Below, piece by piece: positions 1 to 10,267 of a stretch of 64,000 bases of DNA. The position numbers were made by a program, and so were the translations under genes. Every line of letters starts with the position of its first letter. Position 1 is the stretch's first letter. Source of the stretch: Promethearchaeota archaeon (lineage in GTDB: Archaea; Asgardarchaeota; Lokiarchaeia; Sigyniarchaeales; SOKP01); the NCBI GenBank assembly GCA_019058445.1, contig JAHPZA010000010.1:224001-288000 (forward strand). Direction: 5' to 3'. The notes beneath the pieces are model-generated. The model saw only the letters and a list, made by a program, of their open reading frames with translations. It was not told the origin of the DNA and ran no database searches.

Positions 1-783
1 CTTTGTGAAGAAATGGCGAATCAACGGATAACTGGATTTCAAGCAAATAGAGGGTGTCCTTTCAGATGTACATATTGCGCTGAAAGATGTATTACCGGTA
101 TTATTAACAGGAATAATCCGATTAGATCGAGGAATTTGCCCGACCTTTTAAATGAAATTGAATTTGTTGAGAATAAATATAATTTGGACTATTTTAAATT
201 TGTTGATGCAACTTTTGATGTATCATCGAAATATGTTACTGATTTTTGCAAGGAAAAAATAAAAAGAGATTTGACTATTGAATGGGAGTGCATGATTCAT
301 GCTAGTATTGCTAAAGAAGAAATGTTTCCATGGTTAAAAAAGGCAAATTGCAATCAAATCAATGTTGGCTGTGAGAGTGGTAGTCCAAAGATTTTAAAAG
401 AAATTAGAAAAGGGGTTTCAGTCGATAAGATAATTAAAGTTTTTGATTGGGGTAAAAAATACGGAATAAAACGACGAGCATTTTTTTTAATAGGTACTCC
501 TTCAGAAACATTAGAGGATATTAAACTAACAGAGAAGCTTATAGAAAGAATAGATCCTGATTTTTTAGGTGTTACAATATTATGTCCATACCCTGGAAGT
601 GATTATTATAATCATGAGAAAATGAAAGATATTGATTGGTCCTTTACTGATGAGTATTCTAATGATTTTTGGCATACAGAATATTTTTCCAATCAAGATC
701 TAAAAAATATTCAAAAAGAGTTAACAGACAAATTTAAAGAAAGATTAGTCTGGCACCAAACAAAAATATTAGGAAATGAATGA
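1..783 (+). CDS. Radical SAM protein, B12-binding (class B) type, 5' truncated
   Basis: Frame is open from base 1. RGCPFRCTYC (CxxxCxxC), GCESGS and FLIGTPSET motifs are typical of B12-binding radical SAM C-terminal halves. Confidence 0.85.
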   Translation, partial: LCEEMANQRITGFQANRGCPFRCTYCAERCITGIINRNNPIRSRNLPDLLNEIEFVENKYNLDYFKFVDATFDVSSKYVTDFCKEKIKRDLTIEWECMIHASIAKEEMFPWLKKANCNQINVGCESGSPKILKEIRKGVSVDKIIKVFDWGKKYGIKRRAFFLIGTPSETLEDIKLTEKLIERIDPDFLGVTILCPYPGSDYYNHEKMKDIDWSFTDEYSNDFWHTEYFSNQDLKNIQKELTDKFKERLVWHQTKILGNE

Positions 784-864
784 AGAAAAATTAATAAAAA
801 ATGAGTATTCCCTATTTTAAATTAAAAATTTTATGCTAATTATAATAAATGCACTGAATGAAAG

Positions 865-1638
865 ATGAATTCACAAATTTTGAATAATTCAAATAAGAAT
901 CAGAAGTTATTAGTAATCACTCGATGTGATGAGAAAATTAAGCCTGTAACAGACATAACTCATCCAATTATAAAAAAATTTGCTAAAGATTGGAATGCAG
1001 ATTTTTTGAAACTCGAGGAATATGTGGATTGTCCTGATGATGGCAAATACCATTATAGGATTTTAGAGTTTTATGATTTATTAGAGAAATATGATAGAAT
1101 ATTACATATAGACTCGGATATACTTATAAACAAAAACTGTCCAAATGTCTTTAAAATTGTACCTGAAAATAAAATTGGAACGATTTATGAAGATAAAGGA
1201 AGCAGAACTGAAGCCAGACGCAAGTTAATAATTGAAATTCAAGAAGCTTTTGGAGATGTAGGTTGGAAATCAGGATATATAAATACAGGTTTTTTTTTAG
1301 TTTCCAAGCAACATCAAAAAATATTTGAAAAAATAAATGGTAAGCTATGGATGGATATTGGTTGGGACGATGTTCATTTAGGTTATAATGTCCACAAATA
1401 TAACTTTGAGGTTTATGAATTACCCTATCAATTCAATCATATGACTATGTTTTCAGAACCGTGGAATGGAAATGCAAACCGTTTTGATTCTTATATCATA
1501 CACTATGCTGGTAAGGGAATTTTTGATATAAAAAAATTTAGAAAGTTTACACCAAAAGCAAGAATAAAACAAATTAAACGGGATTTTAAAAAAATTTATG
1601 GAAAGAATAAAAATAAATCACTTAAATTGAAACAATAA
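865..1638 (+). CDS. GT8-like (GT-A fold) glycosyltransferase
   Basis: RILHIDSDILI (DxD), YINTGFF and IIHYAG motifs. Confidence 0.75.
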   Translation: MNSQILNNSNKNQKLLVITRCDEKIKPVTDITHPIIKKFAKDWNADFLKLEEYVDCPDDGKYHYRILEFYDLLEKYDRILHIDSDILINKNCPNVFKIVPENKIGTIYEDKGSRTEARRKLIIEIQEAFGDVGWKSGYINTGFFLVSKQHQKIFEKINGKLWMDIGWDDVHLGYNVHKYNFEVYELPYQFNHMTMFSEPWNGNANRFDSYIIHYAGKGIFDIKKFRKFTPKARIKQIKRDFKKIYGKNKNKSLKLKQ

Positions 1639-1700
1639 AAAACTAAAAATATTTGTGTCTATATTAAATTTTTAAATATATCATTGATGAGGGTAAAATT

Positions 1701-2294
1701 TTGGATGATCACAAATTGAATTTGAAAGATATTGCCATAATTGATGCACTTCCTGTTTATAATACTGATAATTTAATATTGGAAGTCGGGTGTGGACAAG
1801 GGGGGATAGATTTTCGTTTAATGGAAATGGGATATAAAGTTTATGCTACTGACTACAAAAGACATGATACTTGGGAGGATATTGAGAATGAAAAAGGATT
1901 TATAAAATTTTTTGAGGCAAATATTTATGATCTTAAATCATTTCATGATATCAAAGCGCCAGTTGTTATTTGTAGTGAAGTTTTAGAGCATCTGACTGAT
2001 TATAAGATAGCATTAAAGAATTTACTTAAATTAGCTCAAGTAAGATTAATTATAACTATTCCTCATGAAGAATCTTTCGGGGGAAGGTTTGCCCCTCCTC
2101 CAGAAGGGCATTGTAATTTTTGGAGTGATACACGAAAATTTTGGAAATATAAAAAAGTTAGTGAATTTCATAAATTATGTCACCCTTTTAGTGTAGCGAT
2201 ATCTAAAATTAGAACAAAAGCTAAGGATGTACAGATGAAGCAATATTGTTATTTAATTGTAGTAGATATGACTCAAAACCTAATATATGATTGA
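1701..2294 (+). CDS. Class I SAM-dependent methyltransferase
   Basis: ILEVGCGQG motif I and CSEVLEHL. TTG start after GAGGGT. Confidence 0.85.
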   Translation: MDDHKLNLKDIAIIDALPVYNTDNLILEVGCGQGGIDFRLMEMGYKVYATDYKRHDTWEDIENEKGFIKFFEANIYDLKSFHDIKAPVVICSEVLEHLTDYKIALKNLLKLAQVRLIITIPHEESFGGRFAPPPEGHCNFWSDTRKFWKYKKVSEFHKLCHPFSVAISKIRTKAKDVQMKQYCYLIVVDMTQNLIYD

Positions 2295-2418
2295 AGTTAT
2301 GGATTTTTTTATTATATTGATTAACTTCAATTTAAAATCATAAATTTTCATTTATAAATATCAATTTGAAATGATCCTTTTTGTATCTGGTTATAATAAG
2401 TTAAATTCATCAAGATAC

Positions 2419-3420
2419 TTAATGGAAATAGTCTCTAAAAAAGCGAATAACCCTTTCTCTTATATTGGAAATACTGAAGTAATAATTTATCTGTACTAAT
2501 TTTTTTTTTATATTAAACTTCTTTTTTTTAACGATTAATTCTTTCATTATTATGAGATAGTTCTTATAATTTGGTTTCTTCTTCATATAAACCCTAAAGT
2601 CAGAGATCTTTTTTAAGGGACTATTCTCTATAATTTCTGGATGAACACCTTGAAATGTAAAGAGTCCATGTCCATTTTTTTCAATACATGAATCATCATT
2701 AAGAAAAAATCTATATTTTCCGGTTATCTCCTCATTTTTTTTCATCCAAAAATCTTCATGTAATTTATCAAATTTTTTATAAATTTTAAAGTACCAAGTA
2801 ATTTTATCATAAAATTCACTGGATAGCCAATAAATCATTTTTAATGGCTCCCCAGTTAAGAAACTGTAATGAAACATTGGATTTGTCTCAAGTAATTCAA
2901 CTTCTTTTTTTCCGATGGGATGGAAATGCTGAGTAGGGGTAAAATAACAATTTTTTGTTTTTATTTTGAATAATCTAATATTACTCGCTTCAAAATAATA
3001 ATTAAAATTTATACAAAAATAACGATTTCTTAAATAGATAACATCAAAATCTTCATTAGAATTGAGGAAATTATAGATCTCTTCTAAAGATTCCTTAGAA
3101 TAAAATTCATCTGAATCCAAAATCCAGATTACATTATTCTTCTCAATATTTTGACTAACTTCAAGCATTTTATTTAGAGTAGAACACTTATTCCCATCTA
3201 CATTTTTTTTTGGATCACATATAGCGGGGATAAATTTAACTTTCTCGTTTTTTAAGTATTTTTGAGCTTTCTCAAATGTTCTATCTTCTATACCTTTAAA
3301 ATAAGGACTAAATGCTCCAATACTGATAATTAATTCATCTACTAATTGTAGGGCTTGGTCTATTGAATATTCAATCCAATCTTCACATGCCCAAGCAGTA
3401 AATAAACCTATTGTCTTCAT
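2419..3420 (-). CDS. GT-A fold (GT2-like) glycosyltransferase
   Basis: N-terminal EDWIEYSI..VDELII and WILDSDEFY (DxD) motif. Confidence 0.65.
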   Translation of the reverse strand: MKTIGLFTAWACEDWIEYSIDQALQLVDELIISIGAFSPYFKGIEDRTFEKAQKYLKNEKVKFIPAICDPKKNVDGNKCSTLNKMLEVSQNIEKNNVIWILDSDEFYSKESLEEIYNFLNSNEDFDVIYLRNRYFCINFNYYFEASNIRLFKIKTKNCYFTPTQHFHPIGKKEVELLETNPMFHYSFLTGEPLKMIYWLSSEFYDKITWYFKIYKKFDKLHEDFWMKKNEEITGKYRFFLNDDSCIEKNGHGLFTFQGVHPEIIENSPLKKISDFRVYMKKKPNYKNYLIIMKELIVKKKKFNIKKKLVQINYYFSISNIRERVIRFFRDYFH

Positions 3421-3868
3421 TCTAAAGTATTTTCTTTTCTCAACTATTTATCTTAAATTATTCTAAATTAAACGGTAAAAATAGATGTTTTTATTGATAT
3501 AAAGAGTATAGACTATTATAAAAATTTGCTTTTAAGATAATATTTGCAATATTCAATTGGAGTAATAAGTTTTATTGAAATTTAAAAATTACAGTAAATT
3601 TATAATTAATGAATTAAGGTTTAATGATTTAGAAAGATTCATCTACCTAATTCAGGAGAAATAAATGATGCTGTACTAGTTGAAAGGAATAAAAATAAAT
3701 AAGACTTAAGAGTTTTTCTAAAATCTAACAGTTAAAATATCACTTCTTAGACTTATAATAAAAATTGAAAGCGTTAATTTTAAGGTTATAAAATTATTCT
3801 ACTGAAATCCTATTTTGATAAAGTTTTTTAAAAAGATTTTTTAATTTGAAATCATTTTATGAATAGGA

Positions 3869-5023
3869 ATGATTCGTACAGATTGCCTATATTATATTGG
3901 TCAAAAGCCATGCCATTTTCACAAGGAATACAAAGTAGAATGTAATGATCAATGTACTTACTATAAAAAGATTGGATTACGAATTTTAATTATAAAGAAA
4001 GCTGCTCTCGGAGATGTGTTAAGAACTACACCAATACTACATTCAATTAAAAAAAAATATGGTGAAAATACTCATATCACTTGGTTAACAGATCCATCAT
4101 CTTATGACTTATTAAAATTTAATAATTTGATTGACCGAGTTTATAAATTTGATTTTAAATCTGTTCTTATTTTGGAAATTGAAAAATTTGATATAATGTT
4201 TAATTTAGATAAGGATCATGAGGCTATAGCTTTAGCAAGTAAGATTATAGCAAAAAATAAATATGGTTTTACCATGAATAAATATGGTAATTTGGAAACA
4301 TTTAATAGGACAGGTAAATATGCTCTTGAATTGGGAATTTCTGATACCATAAATATGAAGAATGAAAAAACATATCAAGAAATTATATGCGAATTTTCTG
4401 AATTACCTTATTCAAACAACTTTAAATATATTTTAAATATTCCTGAAAAAACTAAAATATTAGATAAATTAATAAATAGAAATAAAATTCCTAATGATGC
4501 CAAAATAATTGGATTAAATACTGGGGCAGGTCAATGGGCTTTAACGAGAAGATGGGGAAAAGAGAATTTTACAGAATTAGGTATAATGTTAATAAAAGAA
4601 AAAAAATATACTATTCTCTTATTTGGAGCGGAATCAGAAAAGGAAATTAATGAATATATTTATAGCACAATCCAAAATTCCTTACCAGAAAATTTGAAAT
4701 CCTGTATTATCGATACTGGCATTAATAACTCTGTTTTAGAATTTGCTTGTCTTGTTTCTTTAACAGATGTTCTTTTCACAGCAAATACATTAGGGTTACA
4801 TTTTGCGATAGCCTTTGAAATTCCCTCTGTTTCAATTTACGGCCCTTTAAATCCAAATGAAATTGATTTATATGGAACAGGCATTAAGATAATTGCTAAA
4901 TCACCATGTTTAGGATGTTATAGACAATCGTGCAATTACCATACTTTTTGTTTATCTACGATAAGACCTGAATTTGTTTATGAAAAAATTATAGAATTAT
5001 TAGAAAATAAGAAAGTAAATTAA
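3869..5023 (+). CDS. GT9 family (ADP-heptose:LPS heptosyltransferase-like) glycosyltransferase
   Basis: ILIIKKAALGDVLRTTP, IGLNTGAG..RRW and TANTLGLHFAIA..PSVSIYGP motifs. Cys-rich N- and C-termini. Confidence 0.88.
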   Translation: MIRTDCLYYIGQKPCHFHKEYKVECNDQCTYYKKIGLRILIIKKAALGDVLRTTPILHSIKKKYGENTHITWLTDPSSYDLLKFNNLIDRVYKFDFKSVLILEIEKFDIMFNLDKDHEAIALASKIIAKNKYGFTMNKYGNLETFNRTGKYALELGISDTINMKNEKTYQEIICEFSELPYSNNFKYILNIPEKTKILDKLINRNKIPNDAKIIGLNTGAGQWALTRRWGKENFTELGIMLIKEKKYTILLFGAESEKEINEYIYSTIQNSLPENLKSCIIDTGINNSVLEFACLVSLTDVLFTANTLGLHFAIAFEIPSVSIYGPLNPNEIDLYGTGIKIIAKSPCLGCYRQSCNYHTFCLSTIRPEFVYEKIIELLENKKVN

Positions 5024-5040
5024 TATTGTGTTTTTGGGTA

Positions 5041-5922
5041 ATGAAAGTTTTTAATATTTCTGGAACTATAGGAGACACTTATGCTGCATGTTGCAAACTA
5101 AACGATTTGAAAGAACCCATCAAAATATTTCATATTCAACCATATCCACAATTTAACAATATCATTCGGAAGATTTATGCTTTAATTCCTAACATTATTG
5201 AGGTAAACATTTTAAATACAGATGATTATTCTAAATTTGACCCCAAAATTCCGATGATTGATGCTCATTGTAAACGGCATCCAGTTGACCCTGATTATAT
5301 AAAAATGAATTTTTTTCCTAATTTTGAATTTGAATCAAATGAAAAATTTAATTTTGAATTTCCTTACATAGTTCTTCAACCAAAAGCAGGTCGAACCGAA
5401 CAGTTAAGAGAAATGAGATTAAAAACAGTTAAGAAGATAATAAAGAACTCAAAATATAAGGTGGTATTAGTTGGTACTTCAAAAAAATATGAGAATGTTG
5501 ATAATTGCATCAATTTGATAAATAAAACTACCTTATTTGAAGCATTAAATATTATTAAAAATTCTAGATATTTTATTGGACTTTTTGGAATTATGACGAT
5601 GGTTGCATTGAGTCATAGAATTAACTGTAATTATATCTATAATGATGATCTTGAAATGAAAGCTATGATTTATAACATGCCATGGGAAAAATATAGCCAT
5701 AAAAAAATATCATTAGAAGACTATTTGAAAAGTGGTTATTCCATCAGGAGAAAAATAAAAACCCTGTTTTTTGAGTTTTTAAATATAATACTTAAAATGA
5801 GACATCGTATTTCAATAAAAAATTTATTTCAACCTCTAAAAGTACTTTCAATTTTAAATAATGATAACCAAAATCCTCGGATCCGCTTAATATTGAATTT
5901 TTTTATGGAAGAAAAAAAATAA
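5041..5922 (+). CDS. Divergent GT9-like glycosyltransferase
   Basis: GTIGDT, YIVLQPKAG and NLINKTTLFEALNIIKNSRYFIG motifs. ATG at 5041 preferred over TTG at 5026. Confidence 0.65.
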   Translation: MKVFNISGTIGDTYAACCKLNDLKEPIKIFHIQPYPQFNNIIRKIYALIPNIIEVNILNTDDYSKFDPKIPMIDAHCKRHPVDPDYIKMNFFPNFEFESNEKFNFEFPYIVLQPKAGRTEQLREMRLKTVKKIIKNSKYKVVLVGTSKKYENVDNCINLINKTTLFEALNIIKNSRYFIGLFGIMTMVALSHRINCNYIYNDDLEMKAMIYNMPWEKYSHKKISLEDYLKSGYSIRRKIKTLFFEFLNIILKMRHRISIKNLFQPLKVLSILNNDNQNPRIRLILNFFMEEKK

Positions 5923-5981
5923 AAAGAAAAAATTAAAAAATTTTTATCTATGGCTTTTATTATTTTAATAAAAATTTGGGT

Positions 5982-6899
5982 TTAAATATATCTCAAAAAT
6001 AAATCTTCAAGGTTTAAATCTATTTCTTTAACTTTTAAAATGTGATACTTACTTAAAGCTAAAAGAAGATCTTTATAATAATCTCTGCTTTTAATTTGGA
6101 TAATTAGCTTCTGTTTATCATCCACAATATCAGAAATAAAATCTAGATGACTCAAATCGCTTTTTAAATCATCTCTATTTTTAAGAACTTCTACTTCAAT
6201 TTTAATTGCTGATTTACTTATCTGTTTAACCTCCTCTTGAGATCCTATCATTATTATATTTCCTTTATTAATGAATGCGACACGGTCGCATAATTTCTCA
6301 ACTACACTCATATTATGGCTTGTTAGAAAGATTAAACCTTTAAAGTCTTTTAATTTTTTAATGATAAATGCTCTTGTTTTTATATCTAAACCTAGTGTTG
6401 GTTCATCTAAAATTAGAATTTTACGATCTAATAGTATACTTCTAAATAATGCAAGTTTCATCTTCATTCCATTAGAATAATTTTCAACATACTGGTTAAG
6501 CCAACCATCTAATCCAAAATCTTTAACAGAGTTAAGAATTTTTTCTTTATAATTTGGAACGCCATATAATTTACAAAAAAATTTTAAGTTATCATAACCA
6601 GTTATTCTAAAATAGAGCATTTGATGATCCATCATAAGAGATATTCTTGATTTAGCAAAATTAGGCTCTTTAATTACATTATAGCCGTCAATAATAGCGT
6701 ATCCGCTTGTAGGTTGTTGTAATGTGGTTAAGATTTGAATTAAAGTTGTTTTTCCTGAACCATTTGGTCCTAATAATCCAAAAATTTCACCTTCTTTAAT
6801 TTTTAGATTAATATCATTTAGTGCTTTAATTGTCCTGTTTTGTCCTTTTAATTTATAGATTTTTGATAAATTAAAGGTTTCAATTATATTTTCTACCAT
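5982..6899 (-). CDS. ABC transporter ATP-binding protein (ABC-2/DrrA-NodI type)
   Basis: Walker A GPNGSGKT, signature YSNGMK, Walker B ILILDEPT, H-loop TSHNM. Confidence 0.93.
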   Translation of the reverse strand: MVENIIETFNLSKIYKLKGQNRTIKALNDINLKIKEGEIFGLLGPNGSGKTTLIQILTTLQQPTSGYAIIDGYNVIKEPNFAKSRISLMMDHQMLYFRITGYDNLKFFCKLYGVPNYKEKILNSVKDFGLDGWLNQYVENYSNGMKMKLALFRSILLDRKILILDEPTLGLDIKTRAFIIKKLKDFKGLIFLTSHNMSVVEKLCDRVAFINKGNIIMIGSQEEVKQISKSAIKIEVEVLKNRDDLKSDLSHLDFISDIVDDKQKLIIQIKSRDYYKDLLLALSKYHILKVKEIDLNLEDLFLRYI

Positions 6900-6904
6900 T
6901 TTTA

Positions 6905-7726
6905 TTAGTATCCTACAATCCCGAATTTTTTATAGACTTTGTTAAATATAATAACACCAATTAAAGGAAACGTAATTGCGCATAGAACTAAAATTAAAAA
7001 ATGAAAAGGATGTGATGAAATAGAAAATATTATATTATCTTCAATCCACGCTAACCGCAAAATATCAAAGATATAGTAAAGGGGATTTAAACTAATTATA
7101 TCTTGAATTCTACTAGGAAATAATTCATATGGATATGAAATGCAGCTAACCACGAAGAAAAGACCAATAGCAAATGTAAATAAGCTAGATAAATTTTCTT
7201 TAGATATAGAAAATATACCAATAAAAAGACCAATTCCACTAAACACAAGTATAATAAGAATATATATTCCTAGTACAAATAGAACCGTAAGAAGCGAAAT
7301 AGGATAATAAATATAGCATATTATAAAAAAAATAGTAAATGGTATAGAGATTGTAATTAAAAAGGAAAGAAGATGCCCCAATAATAAACTAGATCGACGG
7401 AATGGAGCGATAATAAGGGCAGGTAAAGTTTGCCAATATTTTTCACGTAGTAAATGACCAGGAAGGGCTGTAATTATCCTTTGTAATAATAAAATATTTA
7501 AAGCTATAAATTGATAAACAAGAAAATTATTTTTAGTCCAAGGCCCATAATTTTCGTTAAGGGTAAAAAATTTATCCATTAAAATTATTGGCATTATTAG
7601 CCCTAAAATGGGTGCTAAAAAAGTAAGGAAAAGGGCGATTTTAACTCTCATATCTAGCTTTAAATTTTTTTCCGTTATCGCAAAAATTTTAGAAATGCCT
7701 TCCTTAATAGCTCTGGATGATATCAT
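6905..7726 (-). CDS. ABC-2 type transporter permease
   Basis: About 6 TM segments, REKYWQTL..LIIAP and LNPLYY motifs. Its stop lies 5 bp upstream of the ATPase start. Confidence 0.88.
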   Translation of the reverse strand: MISSRAIKEGISKIFAITEKNLKLDMRVKIALFLTFLAPILGLIMPIILMDKFFTLNENYGPWTKNNFLVYQFIALNILLLQRIITALPGHLLREKYWQTLPALIIAPFRRSSLLLGHLLSFLITISIPFTIFFIICYIYYPISLLTVLFVLGIYILIILVFSGIGLFIGIFSISKENLSSLFTFAIGLFFVVSCISYPYELFPSRIQDIISLNPLYYIFDILRLAWIEDNIIFSISSHPFHFLILVLCAITFPLIGVIIFNKVYKKFGIVGY

Positions 7727-8054
7727 TATTTTAGATAAAATCTTTTTCTAACTGTTAAAATAATTTCAGTTCTTAATCAATATTAATAAATAACTGAATT
7801 AATATTTTCCGAAAATAATGGAATCCTAAATTTAAAAACCTTAAATCTTCTTACAATGACTTATAATACTAATATTTTGTAACACTTAGGTTTTAGGAAG
7901 TTTTGAATATATAGGAATCAGTTCAAATGATCCTTCTTATAAAAAGATTATTTTGAAAAAATTTAATTCTTACAAGAAATAATAAAATTAATAAAATTAA
8001 CATTAATAATAAATTTAATTTACTCATATCTAGTAATAACAAGTGTAATTATCG

Positions 8055-8993
8055 ATGATGGAAAAAGATTCTAAAATTTATGTTGCAGGTCATAAAGGAT
8101 TAGTAGGTTCTGCTATTACAAGAATTTTAAAGAAGCAGAACTATTCTAATCTATTAGCAAAAACCCACAAAGAATTAGAATTAACAGATCAACATGCTGT
8201 TAATAGTTTTTTTAAGAGAACAAGTCCGGAATTTGTTTTTTTAGCTGCTGCAAAAGTAGGTGGAATTTTAGCTAATAGTACATATCCAGCGCAATTCATT
8301 TATAGTAATTTAGAAATTCAAAATAATATCATTCATGCTTGTTATGAATATAATGTTAAAAAATTGTTATTTCTTGGAAGCTCATGTATCTATCCAAAAT
8401 TTGCTCCTCAGCCAATTCCTGAAGACGCGCTTCTCGCTGGAAAATTAGAGCCTACAAATGAAGCATATGCGGTTGCAAAAATTGCGGGTATAATAATGTG
8501 TCAATCATATAATAAAGAATATAATACTAATTTCATTAGTGTTATGCCTACTAATCTTTATGGTCCAAATGACCATTATGATTTATATAATTCTCATGTA
8601 TTACCCGCTACAATAAGAAAAGTACATGAAGCCAAAAAAAAGAAGTTAAAGTTTGTTGAAATATGGGGAACAGGTAAAGTAAAACGAGAATTTCTTTATA
8701 TTGATGATTTAGCTGAAGCGTGCATTTTTTTGATGAATAATTATAATGATAGTGAAATAATAAATATAGGGACAGGAAAAGATGTATCCATTAAAGAACT
8801 TTATGAGATAACTAAAGAAGTTATTGGTTATAAAGGAGAGTTCCGATTTGATACATCTAAACCAGATGGAACTCCTAGAAAATTATTAAATGTGGATAAA
8901 ATAAATAAACTCGGATGGAGAGCAAAAATTGATCTTAAAACAGGAATAAAATTAACCTATGATGATTATTTACTTCGATTTGATTCGACTTAA
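8055..8993 (+). CDS. fcl: GDP-L-fucose synthase (GDP-4-keto-6-deoxymannose epimerase/reductase)
   Basis: [42 protein letters not shown] and KPDGTPRK motifs. Confidence 0.93.
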   Translation: MMEKDSKIYVAGHKGLVGSAITRILKKQNYSNLLAKTHKELELTDQHAVNSFFKRTSPEFVFLAAAKVGGILANSTYPAQFIYSNLEIQNNIIHACYEYNVKKLLFLGSSCIYPKFAPQPIPEDALLAGKLEPTNEAYAVAKIAGIIMCQSYNKEYNTNFISVMPTNLYGPNDHYDLYNSHVLPATIRKVHEAKKKKLKFVEIWGTGKVKREFLYIDDLAEACIFLMNNYNDSEIINIGTGKDVSIKELYEITKEVIGYKGEFRFDTSKPDGTPRKLLNVDKINKLGWRAKIDLKTGIKLTYDDYLLRFDST

Positions 8994-9060
8994 TTAGTTA
9001 GGTATTTTGATATAAATATTTTCTTAAATTTTAATGATGTATTATTGAGAATAAGAATTT

Positions 9061-10215
9061 ATGCCCAAAATTCATTTATCTTGTCAATACAAGTACAACG
9101 GAAAGAGTAGAACCGATTTAACACCAAATCAAAAAAAAATTAAAAAGAAAATAATTTCAGATTTTAAGAATGGAGTTATTAAATGGGAAAAAAATAAATG
9201 CAGATGTTCGGCGAATAACGATTTAATCGTCGCAAATAAGGATCGTCTCGGATTTAAGCTGAGAATTGTTTTATGTAAAGAATGTGGTTTGGTACGAGCA
9301 GATCCCCGAATTTCGGAGAAAGACATTGGATTATTTTATGAAAAATATTATAGAAAATTATTTACATATGGTATAAATGAGAAAATTCAGGAAGAAATTC
9401 TCTTAAACAATTTTAATGGTGAATTAAAAAGAGGAAGGGACATTTTATTTAATTTTGTTAAAAAGCACACGCCATTAACCAATGGAGTAGTATTCGATTT
9501 TGGAGCGGGAACGGGAGGAATGTTAAAAGTCTTTAAAGATGCTGGTTTTGAAACGTTTGGAGTGGATCTAAATGAAAATTATTTAGATTATGGGAGAAAA
9601 ATGGGCTTAAATTTAAAAAAGGGTAGTATAGATGAATTGAAAAGTTTTCATAAAAAAGCTGATTTAGTTATTGCATCTCATATTATAGAGCATTTACATA
9701 GAATTGATATTTATTTAAAAAAAATCTGGGAATGTTTAAAGGATAATGGTTATTTATATGTGGAACTCCCCGGAATCTTTAATCAGAGGGATTTTTCAGA
9801 ATTTTTTGTAATAGAACATTTATATTATTTTACATTAAAAAATCTAAAAAAAATCTTAGGAGAAAATAGATTTCATTTTATTGCAGGTAATGAAATAATT
9901 AGAGCATTATTTCAAAAATCGTCGCAAAAATATAACTTAAAAATTACAAAGCAACATATTAATGATATCTTAGTTTTTTTTAGAATAGGTGATATTCCTA
10001 TACCAATAAATGGTTTAAATCTTATTAAGAATAAGAAAAAGTTAAAGAATAAAATTATACTGATTACTGTTTCAATACTCTATAAAACAAGGTTTGTTAA
10101 TATAATAGTCCAATTGAAAAATATATTCCTTAACTTGCAGTTAAATAAATTATATGTATTTAAATTATTTCTTAAACAATTTTTTTCTTATGCTAGCCCC
10201 AGAATAAATGAATAG
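9061..10215 (+). CDS. SAM-dependent methyltransferase with N-terminal Zn-ribbon
   Basis: CRC...CKECGL, VFDFGAGTG and SHIIEHL motifs. Confidence 0.85.
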   Translation: MPKIHLSCQYKYNGKSRTDLTPNQKKIKKKIISDFKNGVIKWEKNKCRCSANNDLIVANKDRLGFKLRIVLCKECGLVRADPRISEKDIGLFYEKYYRKLFTYGINEKIQEEILLNNFNGELKRGRDILFNFVKKHTPLTNGVVFDFGAGTGGMLKVFKDAGFETFGVDLNENYLDYGRKMGLNLKKGSIDELKSFHKKADLVIASHIIEHLHRIDIYLKKIWECLKDNGYLYVELPGIFNQRDFSEFFVIEHLYYFTLKNLKKILGENRFHFIAGNEIIRALFQKSSQKYNLKITKQHINDILVFFRIGDIPIPINGLNLIKNKKKLKNKIILITVSILYKTRFVNIIVQLKNIFLNLQLNKLYVFKLFLKQFFSYASPRINE

Positions 10216-10267
10216 ACTGGAAATTTTTACATATTAAAGTATAGAAAAAGTTGAATGGAATACGATT

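Noticed and set aside
3600-3705. Short coding-like stretch (KIHLPNSGEINDAVLVERNKNK*) in a long spacer
   Set aside because: It has no start codon and no recognisable homolog in the window. It could be a remnant but this cannot be supported.
5982-7726. Wzm/Wzt polysaccharide exporter
   Set aside because: The ATPase resembles the DrrA/NodI type rather than Wzt, so its substrate is left unassigned.
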